Source of the DNA: an uncultured delta proteobacterium
GTDB lineage: Bacteria > Desulfobacterota > Desulfobacteria > Desulfobacterales > Desulfosalsimonadaceae
Assembly: GCA_963826785.1 (NCBI GenBank)
Contig: CAWGYD010000004.1
Location: 256,001 to 320,000, forward strand
Direction: 5' to 3'
Length of the DNA: 64,000 nucleotides
How positions within the stretch are numbered: position 1 is the stretch's first letter; the number at the start of each line of letters is the position of its first letter. The translations under genes were made by a program, and so were the position numbers. The notes beneath the pieces are model-generated. The model was not told the origin of the DNA, made no database searches, and saw only the letters and a list, made by a program, of their open reading frames with translations. Shown here one piece after another: positions 19,426 to 30,311 of this stretch.

Positions 19426-19434
19426 TTTATATCA

Positions 19435-21389
19435 ATGGCAATTTCCGGACAAAAACACATGCCGCAGATCATCCTTGCCCTGGTGGTTGCCATTCTCCCC
19501 CATGTGGTCCGCCTGCCGGTCTGGATCGTGCTCTGGTGCGCTTCGATATGGGGGTATCTGCTCTGGTCTTTGCGTTATGGTTGGCCGATTCCCGGTCGGG
19601 GCGTCCGGGTGGCCTTGGCCTGCGCCGGCTTTGCGGGGATTCTGTTGACCTATCCCCGGATCGGGCCGGATGCCTACCTGGGACTGCTTGCCGTCATGTC
19701 GGGGGTAAAACCTCTGGAGATAAAGGCCCACCGGGACCGGATGATCACCCTTTTTCTGGCCTACTTCATCGTGATCACCAGCCTGTTCCAGTCCGAAACC
19801 CTGTCCATCATCCTGTACATGTTCGTATCGGTATGGGTCACCACGGCCGCGCTTATCCGGATCAATGACCCGGAAGGGCATTTTGGGGCCCACCTGCGCC
19901 TTTCATCGAAGATGATCGCCCAGGCCGTGCCGCTGATGGTGGTGCTGTTTCTGGTGTTTCCGCGCATTGATGGCAGTCTTTTCGGCAGTATGCACCGAGA
20001 TGCGGCCACCAGCGGATTTTCAGACACCCTGAGCCCGGGCAGTGTCTCCCATCTGGCCGAAAACCCGGAGATCGCCTTCAGAGCGCAATTCAAAGACGGG
20101 ATCCCCCCGTCCCAGGCGCAGTACTGGCGGGGAATCGTCTTTTATGCGTTTGACGGCAGAACCTGGAAACCGGGCAAGCCGGTTCCGGAAAGATTTTCAC
20201 CCCCAACGGGAGAAGATCCTTTTTCCTACACGATCACCCTGGAACCCAGCGGCCAGCGCTGGCTTTTTGCCCTGGATCTTGCCGGCCGAATTCCGCCCCG
20301 GGCCGTCATGCGCGAGGATTTTACCCTTCATCGCCGGTTCGCGGTCTCCCGCACGCTTCGCTATGAGATGGTTTCCTACACCCGCTATCACACGGGGGGC
20401 ATCCAGCAGTGGGAGCGCCGCCGCTGCCTGCAGCTGCCCGGGCGGTCAAACCCCCGCGCCCGGCAGCTGGCCGAAAAGCTTTCCCGGGGCGCGGACACCG
20501 TGCCGGAGAAAATCGATCATGTCCTTGATTATTTAAAAACCGAGGGGTTTGTCTATACTTTGAATCCACCGGCGCTATCCGGCAATCCGGTGGATGCCCT
20601 TCTGTTTGACACCAAAAAAGGCTACTGCGAGCATTTTGCCTCGGCCTTCGTCTTTTTGATGCGGGCAATGAATGTGCCCGCCCGAATCGTTGGCGGATAT
20701 CTGGGGGGGAGATCAACCCGTATGGCGGATACCTGGTGGTTCGCCAGTCCGACGCTCACGTGTGGGCGGAAGTCTTTACCGAAACCGGTGGCTGGGTCCG
20801 GGCCGACCCCACGGCCGCGGTGGCACCGGAGCGGATCAGCCGGGGCATGGAGGGCTGGTTGTTGAACACCGGAGCCGGTCCCGGCGGAAGCACCTATCTC
20901 AAGCCGGTCATGGGGTGGATCGATCAGGTCCGGTTCGGCTGGGATGCGGTGAATACCCGGTGGCAGGCCTGGTTTTCCGGGTATTCCCATGCCGAGCAGC
21001 AGGCGCTGATGAAAAAGATCGGCATTGATGAGGATGCGCTGCGGGCGGGCCTTCAGATGGGGGTGCTGGTTGTTTTCATCTGCCTGTTTTCCGGTGTCAG
21101 CATCTGGCTGCTGTTCAAGGCGCCGTCTCCGGGAAAAACAGATCCGGTGGCCCGCTGTTATGAACGATTCTGCCGGAAGCTGGCCCGGCAAGGCATTTTG
21201 CGAAAGGCCGGCCAGGGGCCGCTTGACTTTGCGCGGATGGTCGGCAGCCAGCGGCCGGATCTGGGGCCGGCGGCAGCGGAGATCACGGATCTGTATCTGC
21301 AGCTGCGCTACAGCAAATCGGCCGGGACCGGGCGGCTGCCTGATTTAAAATCAAAGGTGCGCGCTTTTGAGCCCAAAAAATCAGGATAG
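19435..21389 (+). CDS. TgpA-like transglutaminase (DUF3488-TGase-DUF4129), frameshifted at G7 20703-20709
   Basis: ORF 19435-20865 (YWRG, GYCEHFAS, PARIVGGY) and ORF 20736-21389 (SDAHVWAEV, W..DPT, LRY) join as GGYLGGEINPYGGYLVVRQSDAH if one G is added. Confidence 0.88.
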
Positions 21390-21530
21390 GCGTGCTGATG
21401 TGACGGGTATCAGCGCGGTATCTTCTTCCCCACGCCGGTATTCGGGCGTATTTCGGCTTGAAAATATCGGCCGTCACAGGTATGAAGATCACTGATCTTC
21501 TTTCGGACCGACAAGAGAGTGACTACTGTC

Positions 21531-22277
21531 ATGACCAATCGCCTGATCGCTATCCTCTGGTTTGCGTTCGTGATTATCACATCGCTGTTTTTCTTTCCCA
21601 TCGCCCTTTTGATCCGGGTGGCGACCGGCCCTTTCGACAGGCGGCTGTTGATTCTGCAGCAGTTTACCTGTTTCTGGGCCGCTTTGTACACCTGGATCGT
21701 TCCGGCATGGCCGATAAAAATCCAGGACCGGCACAAGATCCGCCGCGGAACGGTGTATGTGGTGGTGTCCAATCACCAGTCGCTGCTGGACATCCTGGTG
21801 ATATTCAACCTGTTCTTTCATTTCAAATTCGTCTCCAAAATCGAGATTTTCCGCATCCCCCTGATCGGGTGGAACATGAGTTTGAACCGCTACATCAAGC
21901 TCAAGCGGGGGGACAAGCAGAGCATCGCCAAAATGATGGCGGATGCCCAAAAGGCCCTGGCCGGCGGCAATTCCGTGCTGATATTTGCCGAAGGGACCCG
22001 ATCGCCGGACGGCAACATCAAGGCGTTCAAGCCCGGTGCGTTCATACTGGCCTCCCAGATGAAAGTGCCCATCCTGCCCGTGGTTATTTCCGGGACCAAC
22101 AAGGCTCTGCCCAAAAAAAGCTTCAATTTCCATGGCAGCCATCCCATCTGCATCCGGGTGTTGGATGAAATTTCCCCCGAATCATTTTCGGATCTGACCG
22201 TCGAGGCGCTCACCGAAAGGGTCCGGACGAAAATGATCGACGAACTCAGGCATCTAAGCGCATTCCTCCAGTCATAG
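21531..22277 (+). CDS. plsC: 1-acyl-sn-glycerol-3-phosphate acyltransferase (PlsC family)
   Basis: SNHQSLLDI, FAEGTRS, FKPGAF and VPILPV motifs. Confidence 0.88.
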   Translation: MTNRLIAILWFAFVIITSLFFFPIALLIRVATGPFDRRLLILQQFTCFWAALYTWIVPAWPIKIQDRHKIRRGTVYVVVSNHQSLLDILVIFNLFFHFKFVSKIEIFRIPLIGWNMSLNRYIKLKRGDKQSIAKMMADAQKALAGGNSVLIFAEGTRSPDGNIKAFKPGAFILASQMKVPILPVVISGTNKALPKKSFNFHGSHPICIRVLDEISPESFSDLTVEALTERVRTKMIDELRHLSAFLQS

Positions 22278-22422
22278 ATCGACACCCGTGACCGGTTTAC
22301 GGCGGAAGTGATTTGAAAATTGCGGTGAGCCGTTCCCTGTGATATCTACCTTGATTTTGGACAGCAAGCGATTTCGTTTCATCGCGGTAATTGTAAATTT
22401 TTCAGAAAGGTGATTTCAGCAA

Positions 22423-23442
22423 ATGAACAATCGTGCATATATACGATCCACCGGGATGTATGTCCCCGATAAAGTAGTCACAAATGATGACCTGGCCCAG
22501 TTGATGGATACCAGCGATGAATGGATTCACAAGCGGTCCGGCATCCGGGAGCGCCGATATGCCCCCGAAGGGGACCGGTGTTCGGACCTGGCCCTGCGTG
22601 CGGTGAAAAACCTGCTCTCCAGGGGGGAGGTAAAGGAAGACGAGATCGACTGCATCATTTTTGCGACCCTGAGCCCTGATTTTCATTTTCCGGGTGCGGG
22701 GGTATTTCTCCAGGACAAGCTGGGCTGGGCGGAGCGCCACATCCCCTGCTACGACATCCGGCAGCAGTGCAGCGGGTTTATCTATGGCCTGCAGATGGCC
22801 CAGGCGTTCATCGAGGCGGGCATGTATGAAAATGTTTTGCTGGTGGGTGCCGAAGTGCATTCCAAAGGGCTGGAATACAACAACCGGGGCCGGGCCGTCA
22901 CGGTCCTGTTCGGGGACGGGGCCGCCTGCACGGTGGTTTCAAAGGCAAAGGACGAAAAATCCATGATCCTGAGCACAAAGGTGCACGCAGACGGCGCCGG
23001 GGCGCTCAACGGGGTTCACATGATCCTGTTTGATATCGGGAAAAAGCCCATCATCTATTATGATCCGGCCGACGAATCCCAGAACGGGGTCATGTTCCCG
23101 GAGATGCCCAATCCGAAGAACCTGTTTGCCAATGCGGTGCGGCGGATGGCGGAAGTCAGCCTCTCCGGCTTGCAAAACCTGGGCCTGACCGCAGCCGACA
23201 TCGACTGGGTGCTGCCCCACCAGGCCAACAAGCGCATCAACGACATGGCCGCCCAGTACATGGGTATTCCCGAGGAGAAGGTGCTGGCCAATATCCATAA
23301 ATACGGCAATACCACCGCGGCCACCATCCCCCTGCTGCTGGATGAATACACCGTCAACGGCACCATCAAACGCGGCGATCTGATCCTGATGGTGGGGTTC
23401 GGCTCCGGATTCACCTGGGGGGCGAGCATCGCCCGGTACTGA
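22423..23442 (+). CDS. fabH: 3-oxoacyl-ACP synthase III
   Basis: QCSGF catalytic Cys, LFGDGA, PHQAN, YGNTTAA, GFGSGFTWG. Confidence 0.92.
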   Translation: MNNRAYIRSTGMYVPDKVVTNDDLAQLMDTSDEWIHKRSGIRERRYAPEGDRCSDLALRAVKNLLSRGEVKEDEIDCIIFATLSPDFHFPGAGVFLQDKLGWAERHIPCYDIRQQCSGFIYGLQMAQAFIEAGMYENVLLVGAEVHSKGLEYNNRGRAVTVLFGDGAACTVVSKAKDEKSMILSTKVHADGAGALNGVHMILFDIGKKPIIYYDPADESQNGVMFPEMPNPKNLFANAVRRMAEVSLSGLQNLGLTAADIDWVLPHQANKRINDMAAQYMGIPEEKVLANIHKYGNTTAATIPLLLDEYTVNGTIKRGDLILMVGFGSGFTWGASIARY

Positions 23443-23478
23443 TCCGAGTCGCAGGAATCCGAATAATAAAAAAATAAA

Positions 23479-23505
23479 AAAGGGCGCCGGAATCCGGCGC
23501 CCTTT
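23479..23505. terminator. Terminator between convergent fabH and the Fe-S oxidoreductase
   Basis: 12-bp stem AAAGGGCGCCGG-AAT-CCGGCGCCCTTT with a long A-tract on the left. Confidence 0.8.
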
Positions 23506-23535
23506 CAGCTTGACGTATCAGTTATGGAAGTCGAA

Positions 23536-24856
23536 TTACATCTCGGATTCCGGATGGAATACGTTGACTTCCTTTAGATCATCGCCCAGGTATTCGCGTT
23601 CATTGGGCCCCAGGATGCCCATGGCCAGGCAGATGATGGTCCAGAGATGGACCGTCTGCCAGGCGTGGTCCCGGATGTCGGAAAGGTCGTGGACCTGTGC
23701 GTGGCAGTTGTGGCAGGGGGTGATGCAGTAATCCGCACCCGTGGCCAGGATCTGCTCGGCCTTGAGGCTGCCGTACTGGCGCCGTTCGTCCGGGTACCCG
23801 GCCTGGAGAAACCCGCCGCCGCCGCCGCAGCAGTAGTTGTTGGAGCGGTTGGGGGTCATGTCGATGAAGTTTTCCTCGCCCACCACGGTTTTCACCACAA
23901 ACCGCAGGTCTTCGGCCACCGGGTCGCCGAAGGACTTGCGCACCAGCTGGCAGGGGTCCTGGACCGTGAACTTGACCTTGAGGTCCTTGTTCCAGTCGGA
24001 GCTGACCTTGAGTTTTCCTTCCCGGATCCACTGGGCATAATATTGAATGATGCTTTTGATTTCAAAGTTGTAGGGAATCTTGAATTTCTGCAGTCCGGCC
24101 CGGACTGCGAACAGTTCGTGCCCTCACTCGGTGTTGAGCCAGACCTTGCAGCCCAAGATCCTCCACCGCCTTGGCCTTGACTTCGATGATGTGTTTCCAG
24201 GCGTCGTTATCGGCCATGAACATGCAGTAGTTTTCTGCGGCCCACCCCTTGGTGCCGTAGGTCCAGTCGGCGCCCACCGAGTGCAGGATCTTCCACAGGG
24301 GGACCATTTCATCCGGCTCGGTCACCGGCTCCCGGGAGTTCTGGTTCAGGAAGAATTCGGCACCCTGCTTGTTGACCGGGGCTTCCATGTCCTTGAACTC
24401 GGGCTGGGCTTCCCGGTATTCTTCCAGAACGTCTTCCACCACGAACTGGAAATCTTCTTCCGTGGCGCCCATGGCGCTGCAGGTATCGTTTCGAAGGGCC
24501 ATATCGCATGATCCCAGGATCCCCTTGGGCCGCTGGTCCCGCGGCCAGCTCTGCCGGGCATTGAAGACCAGCTGGGGGATGTTGATCTGCATGGGGCAGA
24601 CATAGATGCAGCGCATGCACATGGTGCAGTGCCAGACCCAGGGATTTGTGGTCACTTCCTCGTCCATGCCGAGTGCGGCCATGCGCAGAAATTTCCGCGC
24701 ATCCATGCCGCCGATACCGGTTGCGGGGCAACCGGCGGAGCAGGCGCCGCAGGTCAGGCAAAGATTGAGATTCCCGCCCTCGGGAAGGATCTCCTTCACC
24801 TTGTCCATAAACGTGCTTTTGTGTTTTCCGCCAAGTTTGATTGCTGGCTCACCCAT
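23536..24856 (-). CDS. HdrD/GlpC-like (Fe-S)-binding oxidoreductase, probable selenoprotein (~439 aa); one extra base near 24152-24157
   Basis: Two 4Fe-4S motifs (CLTCGACSAGCP, CTMCMRCIYVCP) and CCG-domain motifs (QDPCQ, CCGGGGG, PCHNC). Removing one base gives AVEDLGCKVWLNTE-TGA-GHELF, in frame with the C-terminal ORF. Confidence 0.85.
24090..24108 (-). promoter_or_regulatory. Putative bacterial SECIS hairpin
   Basis: GCAGTCC-GGGCC-GGACTGC: perfect 7-bp stem with G-containing loop, starting 16 nt after the TGA at 24124-24126. Confidence 0.72.
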
Positions 24857-25160
24857 TTACATTCTCCTTACGTCATTCTCATATCGAAATGATCCGATGC
24901 GATCAGTAGCGGACCATCGCCAGACAGAAATCGCAATAAAACCAAAACTTCTTTTTTACCCATTATATGCCATATGTCAATAATAATTCTTGATAAACAA
25001 ACCCGTAGGCGTCGGATCAAACAGCGGGCAAAATCGCCCCTGTCCGAAAGTACGCCTCACCTCTGGCCGGGAACGGTTCGTTGAAATCAATTACCGTGTG
25101 ATTATTATTGCCATTGATGCCGGTCCGTTTTCATTGGGAGGCCCGCCTGTTTTTAAAGGT

Positions 25161-25189
25161 TTGACACGCTATGCAGACTTGTTTAAAAT
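25161..25189 (+). promoter_or_regulatory. Sigma70-type promoter for GerMN-fusA
   Basis: TTGACA-17 nt-TAAAAT. Confidence 0.6.
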
Positions 25190-25240
25190 ACCGGATTTTA
25201 TGAGTGCCGGTGATAACATGCCACAGATTGGATCTATTTA

Positions 25241-25811
25241 ATGCGGGCGGGTGTGACGATGCGTTGGGCCTTTATAATGCGTGTCGGGGTAATGGTGACA
25301 ATTTTTTCGATTCTGCTGCCCCTGGAAGTTCTTTGGGCGGGGATTGCCGGGCCTGCCGGCAGAAGAGGACCGGGATGCTGAAATGGCCGGGCATCTGCCG
25401 GTGTATGTTTATTTTGCAGATGCCGGAAATGATTTCCTGTCAGGCGAACAGCGGGCGATTCAGCCGTCGGCCGACCCCGCTGCCGGGTGCCGTCTGCTGG
25501 TAGAGGAGTTGATCCGGGGACCCCGGGGGGATCTTGCAGAGACCCTTCCCCGTAAAACCCGTTTGCGGGCACTTTACCTGGGGCCGGACAAGACCGCCTA
25601 CGTGGATCTGACCCGGGATGTTTCAACCGGTCTGGCCGGCGGGATCAAGACCGAACTGCTGGCGGTATATTCCATTGTCAACACGCTGGTGCTCAATGTT
25701 TCGGAAGTGGAGCAGGTGAAAATATTAATCGAGGGTGAGGAATCGGAGACCCTTTCCGGGCATGTCGATATCCGGTTCCCTTTCAAGGCGGATATCCTGT
25801 TGATCAGATGA
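25241..25811 (+). CDS. GerMN domain protein; probable frameshift at G4 25339-25342
   Basis: C-terminal ORF has [45 protein letters not shown] hydrophobic N-terminus ([22 protein letters not shown]) lies in the adjacent frame and joins if one G is removed. Confidence 0.75.
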
Positions 25812-27841
25812 AAACAGACAAACATATCAAAAAATTGCGCAACATCGGGATCATCGCCCATATTGACGCGGGCAAGACCACGGTGACGGAGCGGATCCTT
25901 TTCTATACCGGGCGTTCCCACAAGATCGGCGAGGTCCATGACGGCGAGGCGGTCATGGACTGGATGCCCGACGAGCAGGAACGGGGGATCACCATTACCT
26001 CGGCGGTGACCACCTGCCAGTGGAAGGACCACGAGGTGCAGATCATCGATACCCCCGGCCACGTGGATTTCACCATAGAGGTGGAGCGGTCCCTGCGGGT
26101 GCTCGACGGTGCAGTGGGCGTGTTCTGCGCCGTGGGCGGGGTGGAGCCCCAGTCCGAAACCGTCTGGCACCAGGCGGATAAGTACCTGGTCCCCAAGATG
26201 GCCTTTATCAATAAAATGGACAGGGTCGGTGCGGATTTTTTCCGGGCGGTGGACATGATCAGGGAGCGCCTCAATGCCAATCCGGTTCTGCTTCAGCTGC
26301 CGGTGGGGCAGGAGGACAGCTTTTCCGGGGTCATCGACCTGCTCAGGATGCAGCAGCTGACCTGGGAATCCGACGCACCCAACGCGCAGATCATCACCTC
26401 CGATATCGAAGATCAGTACCTGGAGCAGGCCGGGGAATACCGGGACAAGCTGCTGGAGCGCGTGGCCGAGGTGGATGATCAGATCATGGAGGCGTACCTG
26501 GAGGAAAAACCCATCTCCACGGAGGCGCTGATCGCAGCCATCCGCAAGGCCACGCTGTCGCTGAAGATGGTGCCGCTGCTGTGCGGTGCGGCGCTGAAAA
26601 ACAAGGGGATTCAGCCCCTGCTGGATGCGGTGATCCAGTTTCTTCCCAGCCCGGTGGAAGTGCCGCCCATCCAGGGGGTGCATCCGGAATCCGGAGAAAA
26701 GCTCGAATTTACCGCCAAAGAGGACGGCCCCCTGGTGGCGCTGATCTTCAAGGTTTCCATGATGGAAGGGCGCAAGCTTTCCTTCGTCCGGGTCTATTCC
26801 GGAAAGCTGATGGCCAATGCGGACGTGTACAATCCCAGCCGGAAGAAAAAGGAGAAAATCTCCCGCATCCTGCGAATGCACGCCAACAAGCGGGAGCGCC
26901 TGGATGTGGCCACTGCAGGGCACATCGTAGGGGTGATGGGCTTAAAGGATTCCTCCACCGGGGAGACCCTGTGCCAGACCACCGCGCCGGTGCTGCTCGA
27001 GCAGATGGAATTTTACAAGCCGGTGATTTCCATATCGGTGGAGCCCAAGACCCATGACGATCAGGAAAAACTCGAACAGGTGCTGGAAAAACTCATGGCA
27101 GAGGACCCCACGCTGAAGGTCAAGCAGGACGAGGATACCGGCCAGATGATCCTGTCCGGAATGGGGGAGTTGCACTTAGACATCATCACCAGCCGCATGC
27201 GCCGGGAATACAACACCAACGTCAACGTGGGAAAACCCCAGGTGGTCTACCGGGAAACCATCGCCAAAGACGCGAGGGCGTCGGCCGTATTCGACAAGGA
27301 CGTGGCGGGCCAGCGCCATTTCGGGGAAGTGGAGATCCGGTTGAGGCCGCTGCAGCGGGGAAGCGGCAACACCTTTTCCGTAAAAATCCCGCCTCAGCAG
27401 ATCCCGGAAATATATCTGCCGGCCATCCGGAAAGGGGTGGAGGACGCCATGGAATACGGGGTGGCCATGGGCTACCCGGTTCTGGATGTGGAAGCGGTGG
27501 TGACCGGCGGATCATTCAAGGAGTCGATGGGTTCGGACCTGGCCTATACCGTCAGCGCTTCCATGGCCTGCCGGGAGGCGCTCGCCAAGGGCGAATCCTT
27601 CCTGCTGGAGCCCATCATGGACGTGGAGGTGTTTGTTCCGGAAACCTTCATGGGCGAGGTGATCGGCGACTTAAGCGCCCGGGGCGGCAAAATCGAGGCC
27701 ATCTCTTCCAAAGGGGAGATCCAGTTGATTTCAGCCATGGCGCCGCTTTCCCGGATGTTCGGCTATTCCACGGCCCTCCGGTCCGCCTCCCAGGGCCGGG
27801 GCAATTTCTCCATGAAATTTTCCCATTTCGACAAGGTCTGA
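25808..27841 (+). CDS. fusA: Elongation factor G (stand-alone paralogue)
   Basis: [43 protein letters not shown]; 677 aa. Confidence 0.93.
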   Translation: MKTDKHIKKLRNIGIIAHIDAGKTTVTERILFYTGRSHKIGEVHDGEAVMDWMPDEQERGITITSAVTTCQWKDHEVQIIDTPGHVDFTIEVERSLRVLDGAVGVFCAVGGVEPQSETVWHQADKYLVPKMAFINKMDRVGADFFRAVDMIRERLNANPVLLQLPVGQEDSFSGVIDLLRMQQLTWESDAPNAQIITSDIEDQYLEQAGEYRDKLLERVAEVDDQIMEAYLEEKPISTEALIAAIRKATLSLKMVPLLCGAALKNKGIQPLLDAVIQFLPSPVEVPPIQGVHPESGEKLEFTAKEDGPLVALIFKVSMMEGRKLSFVRVYSGKLMANADVYNPSRKKKEKISRILRMHANKRERLDVATAGHIVGVMGLKDSSTGETLCQTTAPVLLEQMEFYKPVISISVEPKTHDDQEKLEQVLEKLMAEDPTLKVKQDEDTGQMILSGMGELHLDIITSRMRREYNTNVNVGKPQVVYRETIAKDARASAVFDKDVAGQRHFGEVEIRLRPLQRGSGNTFSVKIPPQQIPEIYLPAIRKGVEDAMEYGVAMGYPVLDVEAVVTGGSFKESMGSDLAYTVSASMACREALAKGESFLLEPIMDVEVFVPETFMGEVIGDLSARGGKIEAISSKGEIQLISAMAPLSRMFGYSTALRSASQGRGNFSMKFSHFDKV

Positions 27842-27853
27842 TGATTCCATCGA

Positions 27854-29317
27854 TTACCGCAATTCCGGTCGGACCCGGAACCCGGACGGGAAAACCTGCT
27901 GTATGGATTCCTTTTCCTCCGGGGGCGGCGTCCGGCGGTTTTTCAGGGATTCCAGTTCTTCCTTGATCTTTTTGATCCGGTCCTTGTCGGTTTCCGTTTC
28001 CAGTGCCTGGCTGAAATGGAACCGGGCGGTTTTAATATCGTTTTCCCGCTTGGAATAAAGCCCGAGATAATAATGGGCATCCCCCAGGCGGTCTTGTTTT
28101 CCCAGCGTTTTTCCCAGCGCAAACAGCCCTTCCTTGTAGTCCGGGTATCTCATCACCAGTTGCTCCAGGGTGGCGGCGGAATCATCATAGCGCTCCAGCG
28201 TGAACTGGGAGCGTCCCAGGTAGAGCCAGGCCTCCGGATTGTCTGATTTCAGGATTTCTTCGGAATTCAGGGTTTTGATGGCTTCCTCGTACTGCCCCGA
28301 AAGATAATAGATGCGTCCCAGGTCCGCCTTCAAAAAGGGGTCTTCCGGGTGCTGGGCAATCGCCTGCTTGAGGAGCGGAATGGCTGCCCTGGCGCTGCCG
28401 TTTCGGGCCAGGGCCAGGGCGTACCCGTAGCGGGCCATGGCATCATTCGGGTCTTTTTCAACCCGGTTTCGGAACCGCTCCAGGACCATTTCCGAATGGC
28501 CGTACAGGGCGGCCACACGCGCCCGGGTCCGGGAAAAGGCATAGGAGGGGACCAGGTGGGGGTCTTTTTCATCCTCCAGCATGTTGCTCAGGTAGATAAT
28601 CCGCTCCTCGGTGGCCGGGTGGGTCAACAGGTACGTGGGGATCTCATCTGTCCCGTACCACTGGGTGGCCCGGATCTTTTTCAGCACCGCCAGCAGGCCG
28701 TGCAGGTCATAGCCGGCCCGCACCAGGGTGGATCGTCCGATCTGGTCGGCCTGGATTTCATTCTCCCGCGAATAGGCCAGCTGCATGGTCTGCCCGGCCG
28801 CCATTGAGCCCACCGTCAGGGCTGTTCCGGCCGTGGCGGCGCCGCCCAGCCCCATCAGGATGCCGGCCACCACGCCGGCCAGGGTTACCATACTGGTTTT
28901 TTTAGATTTTTCGATCATTTCGGAAATATGGCGGCTGGAAACATGGGCGATTTCATGGGTCAGCAGCCCGGCCAGCTCGTCTTCATTGTCCAGGGCCTCA
29001 AACAGCCCGCTCAGGATGAAAATATGCCCCCCGGGTCCGGCAAAGGCGTTGTACGAATCTTCCTTGATCATGTAAAAATGGTACTCGAACGGCTGGGGCG
29101 GCATGGCCGACAGGATTTTTTGCCCCACCGATTTGAGGTAATCATTGACCACCGGATCATCAATCACCTGGTAATAGTCGAAAACGGCTTTCAGAAATTC
29201 ATCCGACAGTTCCTGCTCCTCCATGAGGGTCAGGGCGGATGATTTTTGAGGGCAGGGCACCCCGACAAAGATGAGAACGAGGAGCCCGGCCATGAATTTT
29301 TTCAATCGGGTAAGCAT
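27854..29317 (-). CDS. M48 metalloprotease with TPR repeats (BepA/YfgC-like)
   Basis: NAFAGPGG, LTHEIAHV (HExxH), YSRENEIQAD, LLTHP; signal peptide; TPR-like C-terminus. Confidence 0.9.
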   Translation of the reverse strand: MLTRLKKFMAGLLVLIFVGVPCPQKSSALTLMEEQELSDEFLKAVFDYYQVIDDPVVNDYLKSVGQKILSAMPPQPFEYHFYMIKEDSYNAFAGPGGHIFILSGLFEALDNEDELAGLLTHEIAHVSSRHISEMIEKSKKTSMVTLAGVVAGILMGLGGAATAGTALTVGSMAAGQTMQLAYSRENEIQADQIGRSTLVRAGYDLHGLLAVLKKIRATQWYGTDEIPTYLLTHPATEERIIYLSNMLEDEKDPHLVPSYAFSRTRARVAALYGHSEMVLERFRNRVEKDPNDAMARYGYALALARNGSARAAIPLLKQAIAQHPEDPFLKADLGRIYYLSGQYEEAIKTLNSEEILKSDNPEAWLYLGRSQFTLERYDDSAATLEQLVMRYPDYKEGLFALGKTLGKQDRLGDAHYYLGLYSKRENDIKTARFHFSQALETETDKDRIKKIKEELESLKNRRTPPPEEKESIQQVFPSGFRVRPELR

Positions 29318-29422
29318 GATGTGAAATAAATGTCCTTTTATGGGTGAGAAGCTGAAAATAATAATATGACACATCCTTATCCGCTTTTCAAATGGCGAAT
29401 AATGTGATAGATCAGATTCACC

Positions 29423-30211
29423 ATGGCACATACCATCTGCGTTGCAAATCAAAAAGGAGGGGTGGGGAAGACCACCACGGCGGTCAATCTGGCTGCGGCC
29501 CTGGCCGCGTCCAAAAAAAAGACCCTGCTGGTGGACTGCGACCCCCAGGCCAATGCCACCACCGGACTGGGGGTGGACAAGCGCCTGATCCGGGAATCCC
29601 TTTATCATGGATTGATCGACCAGGTTCGGGCCGATCAGCTGATTGCCAAAACCGATATCGATCGGCTGTGGGTGATCCCTTCCAAGGTGGAACTCATCGG
29701 GTTTGAAGTGGAGATGATGGGGGAGGAGCACCGGGAGCAGGTACTGCAGCGGTTTCTTTCCCAGTGCGCCGATCAGTTCGACTATATCGTGATCGACTGC
29801 CCGCCGTCTTTGAGCCTGTTGACCTTAAACGCCATGACCGCCGCCGACGCGGTCCTCATCCCGCTGCAGAGCGAATTTTTCGCCCTGGAGGGGCTGGGGC
29901 AGTTGATGCAGACCATCAAACGGATCAGGGGCGGGTTGAACCCCGCATTGAAAATTGAAGGGATTCTGCTGACCATGGTGGACCGGCGGACCAACCTGTC
30001 CGGACAGGTGGCGGACAATGCCGAGAAATATTTCAAGAAGCTGGTCTTCAAGACCCGCATCCCCCGGACGGTCCGGCTGGCTGAAGCGCCCAGCTATGGA
30101 AAACCGATCATCGCTTTTGATCCATCCTCCATCGGTTCCAAGTGCTACCTTTCCCTGGCCCGGGAAGTCATCAGGGGAGACCGCTTGAAGGAAAAAATTC
30201 ATATATTGTAA
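29423..30211 (+). CDS. parA: Chromosome partitioning ATPase ParA/Soj
   Basis: NQKGGVGKTT, DCDPQANAT, IDCPPSL, EFFALEG, LAEAPSYG. Confidence 0.95.
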   Translation: MAHTICVANQKGGVGKTTTAVNLAAALAASKKKTLLVDCDPQANATTGLGVDKRLIRESLYHGLIDQVRADQLIAKTDIDRLWVIPSKVELIGFEVEMMGEEHREQVLQRFLSQCADQFDYIVIDCPPSLSLLTLNAMTAADAVLIPLQSEFFALEGLGQLMQTIKRIRGGLNPALKIEGILLTMVDRRTNLSGQVADNAEKYFKKLVFKTRIPRTVRLAEAPSYGKPIIAFDPSSIGSKCYLSLAREVIRGDRLKEKIHIL

Positions 30212-30222
30212 GCGTAAGCTAC

Positions 30223-30294
30223 AGGCTGAAGGCCAGAGACGGAAGGCTGAAGGGTTTGAGGATTTAAAACCTTTTTTAATTCAGTCTTCGGCCT
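30223..30294. repeat. Short GGCTGAAG-type direct/inverted repeat cluster between parA and parB
   Basis: AGGCTGAAGG at 30223 and 30244; inverted TTCAGTCTTCGGCCT at 30280-30294; the same word forms the hairpin at 61090-61118. Confidence 0.5.
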
Positions 30295-30311
30295 AAACAC
30301 CTAAGGGGTGG

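Noticed and set aside
23536..24856. Calling the Fe-S oxidoreductase a pseudogene
   Set aside because: The stop aligns with a conserved Cys motif and has a SECIS-like hairpin, and the single indel matches the window-wide error pattern.
27854..29731. 625-aa extended M48 ORF overlapping parA
   Set aside because: The extension is antisense to parA; a signal-peptide start at 29317 is more plausible.
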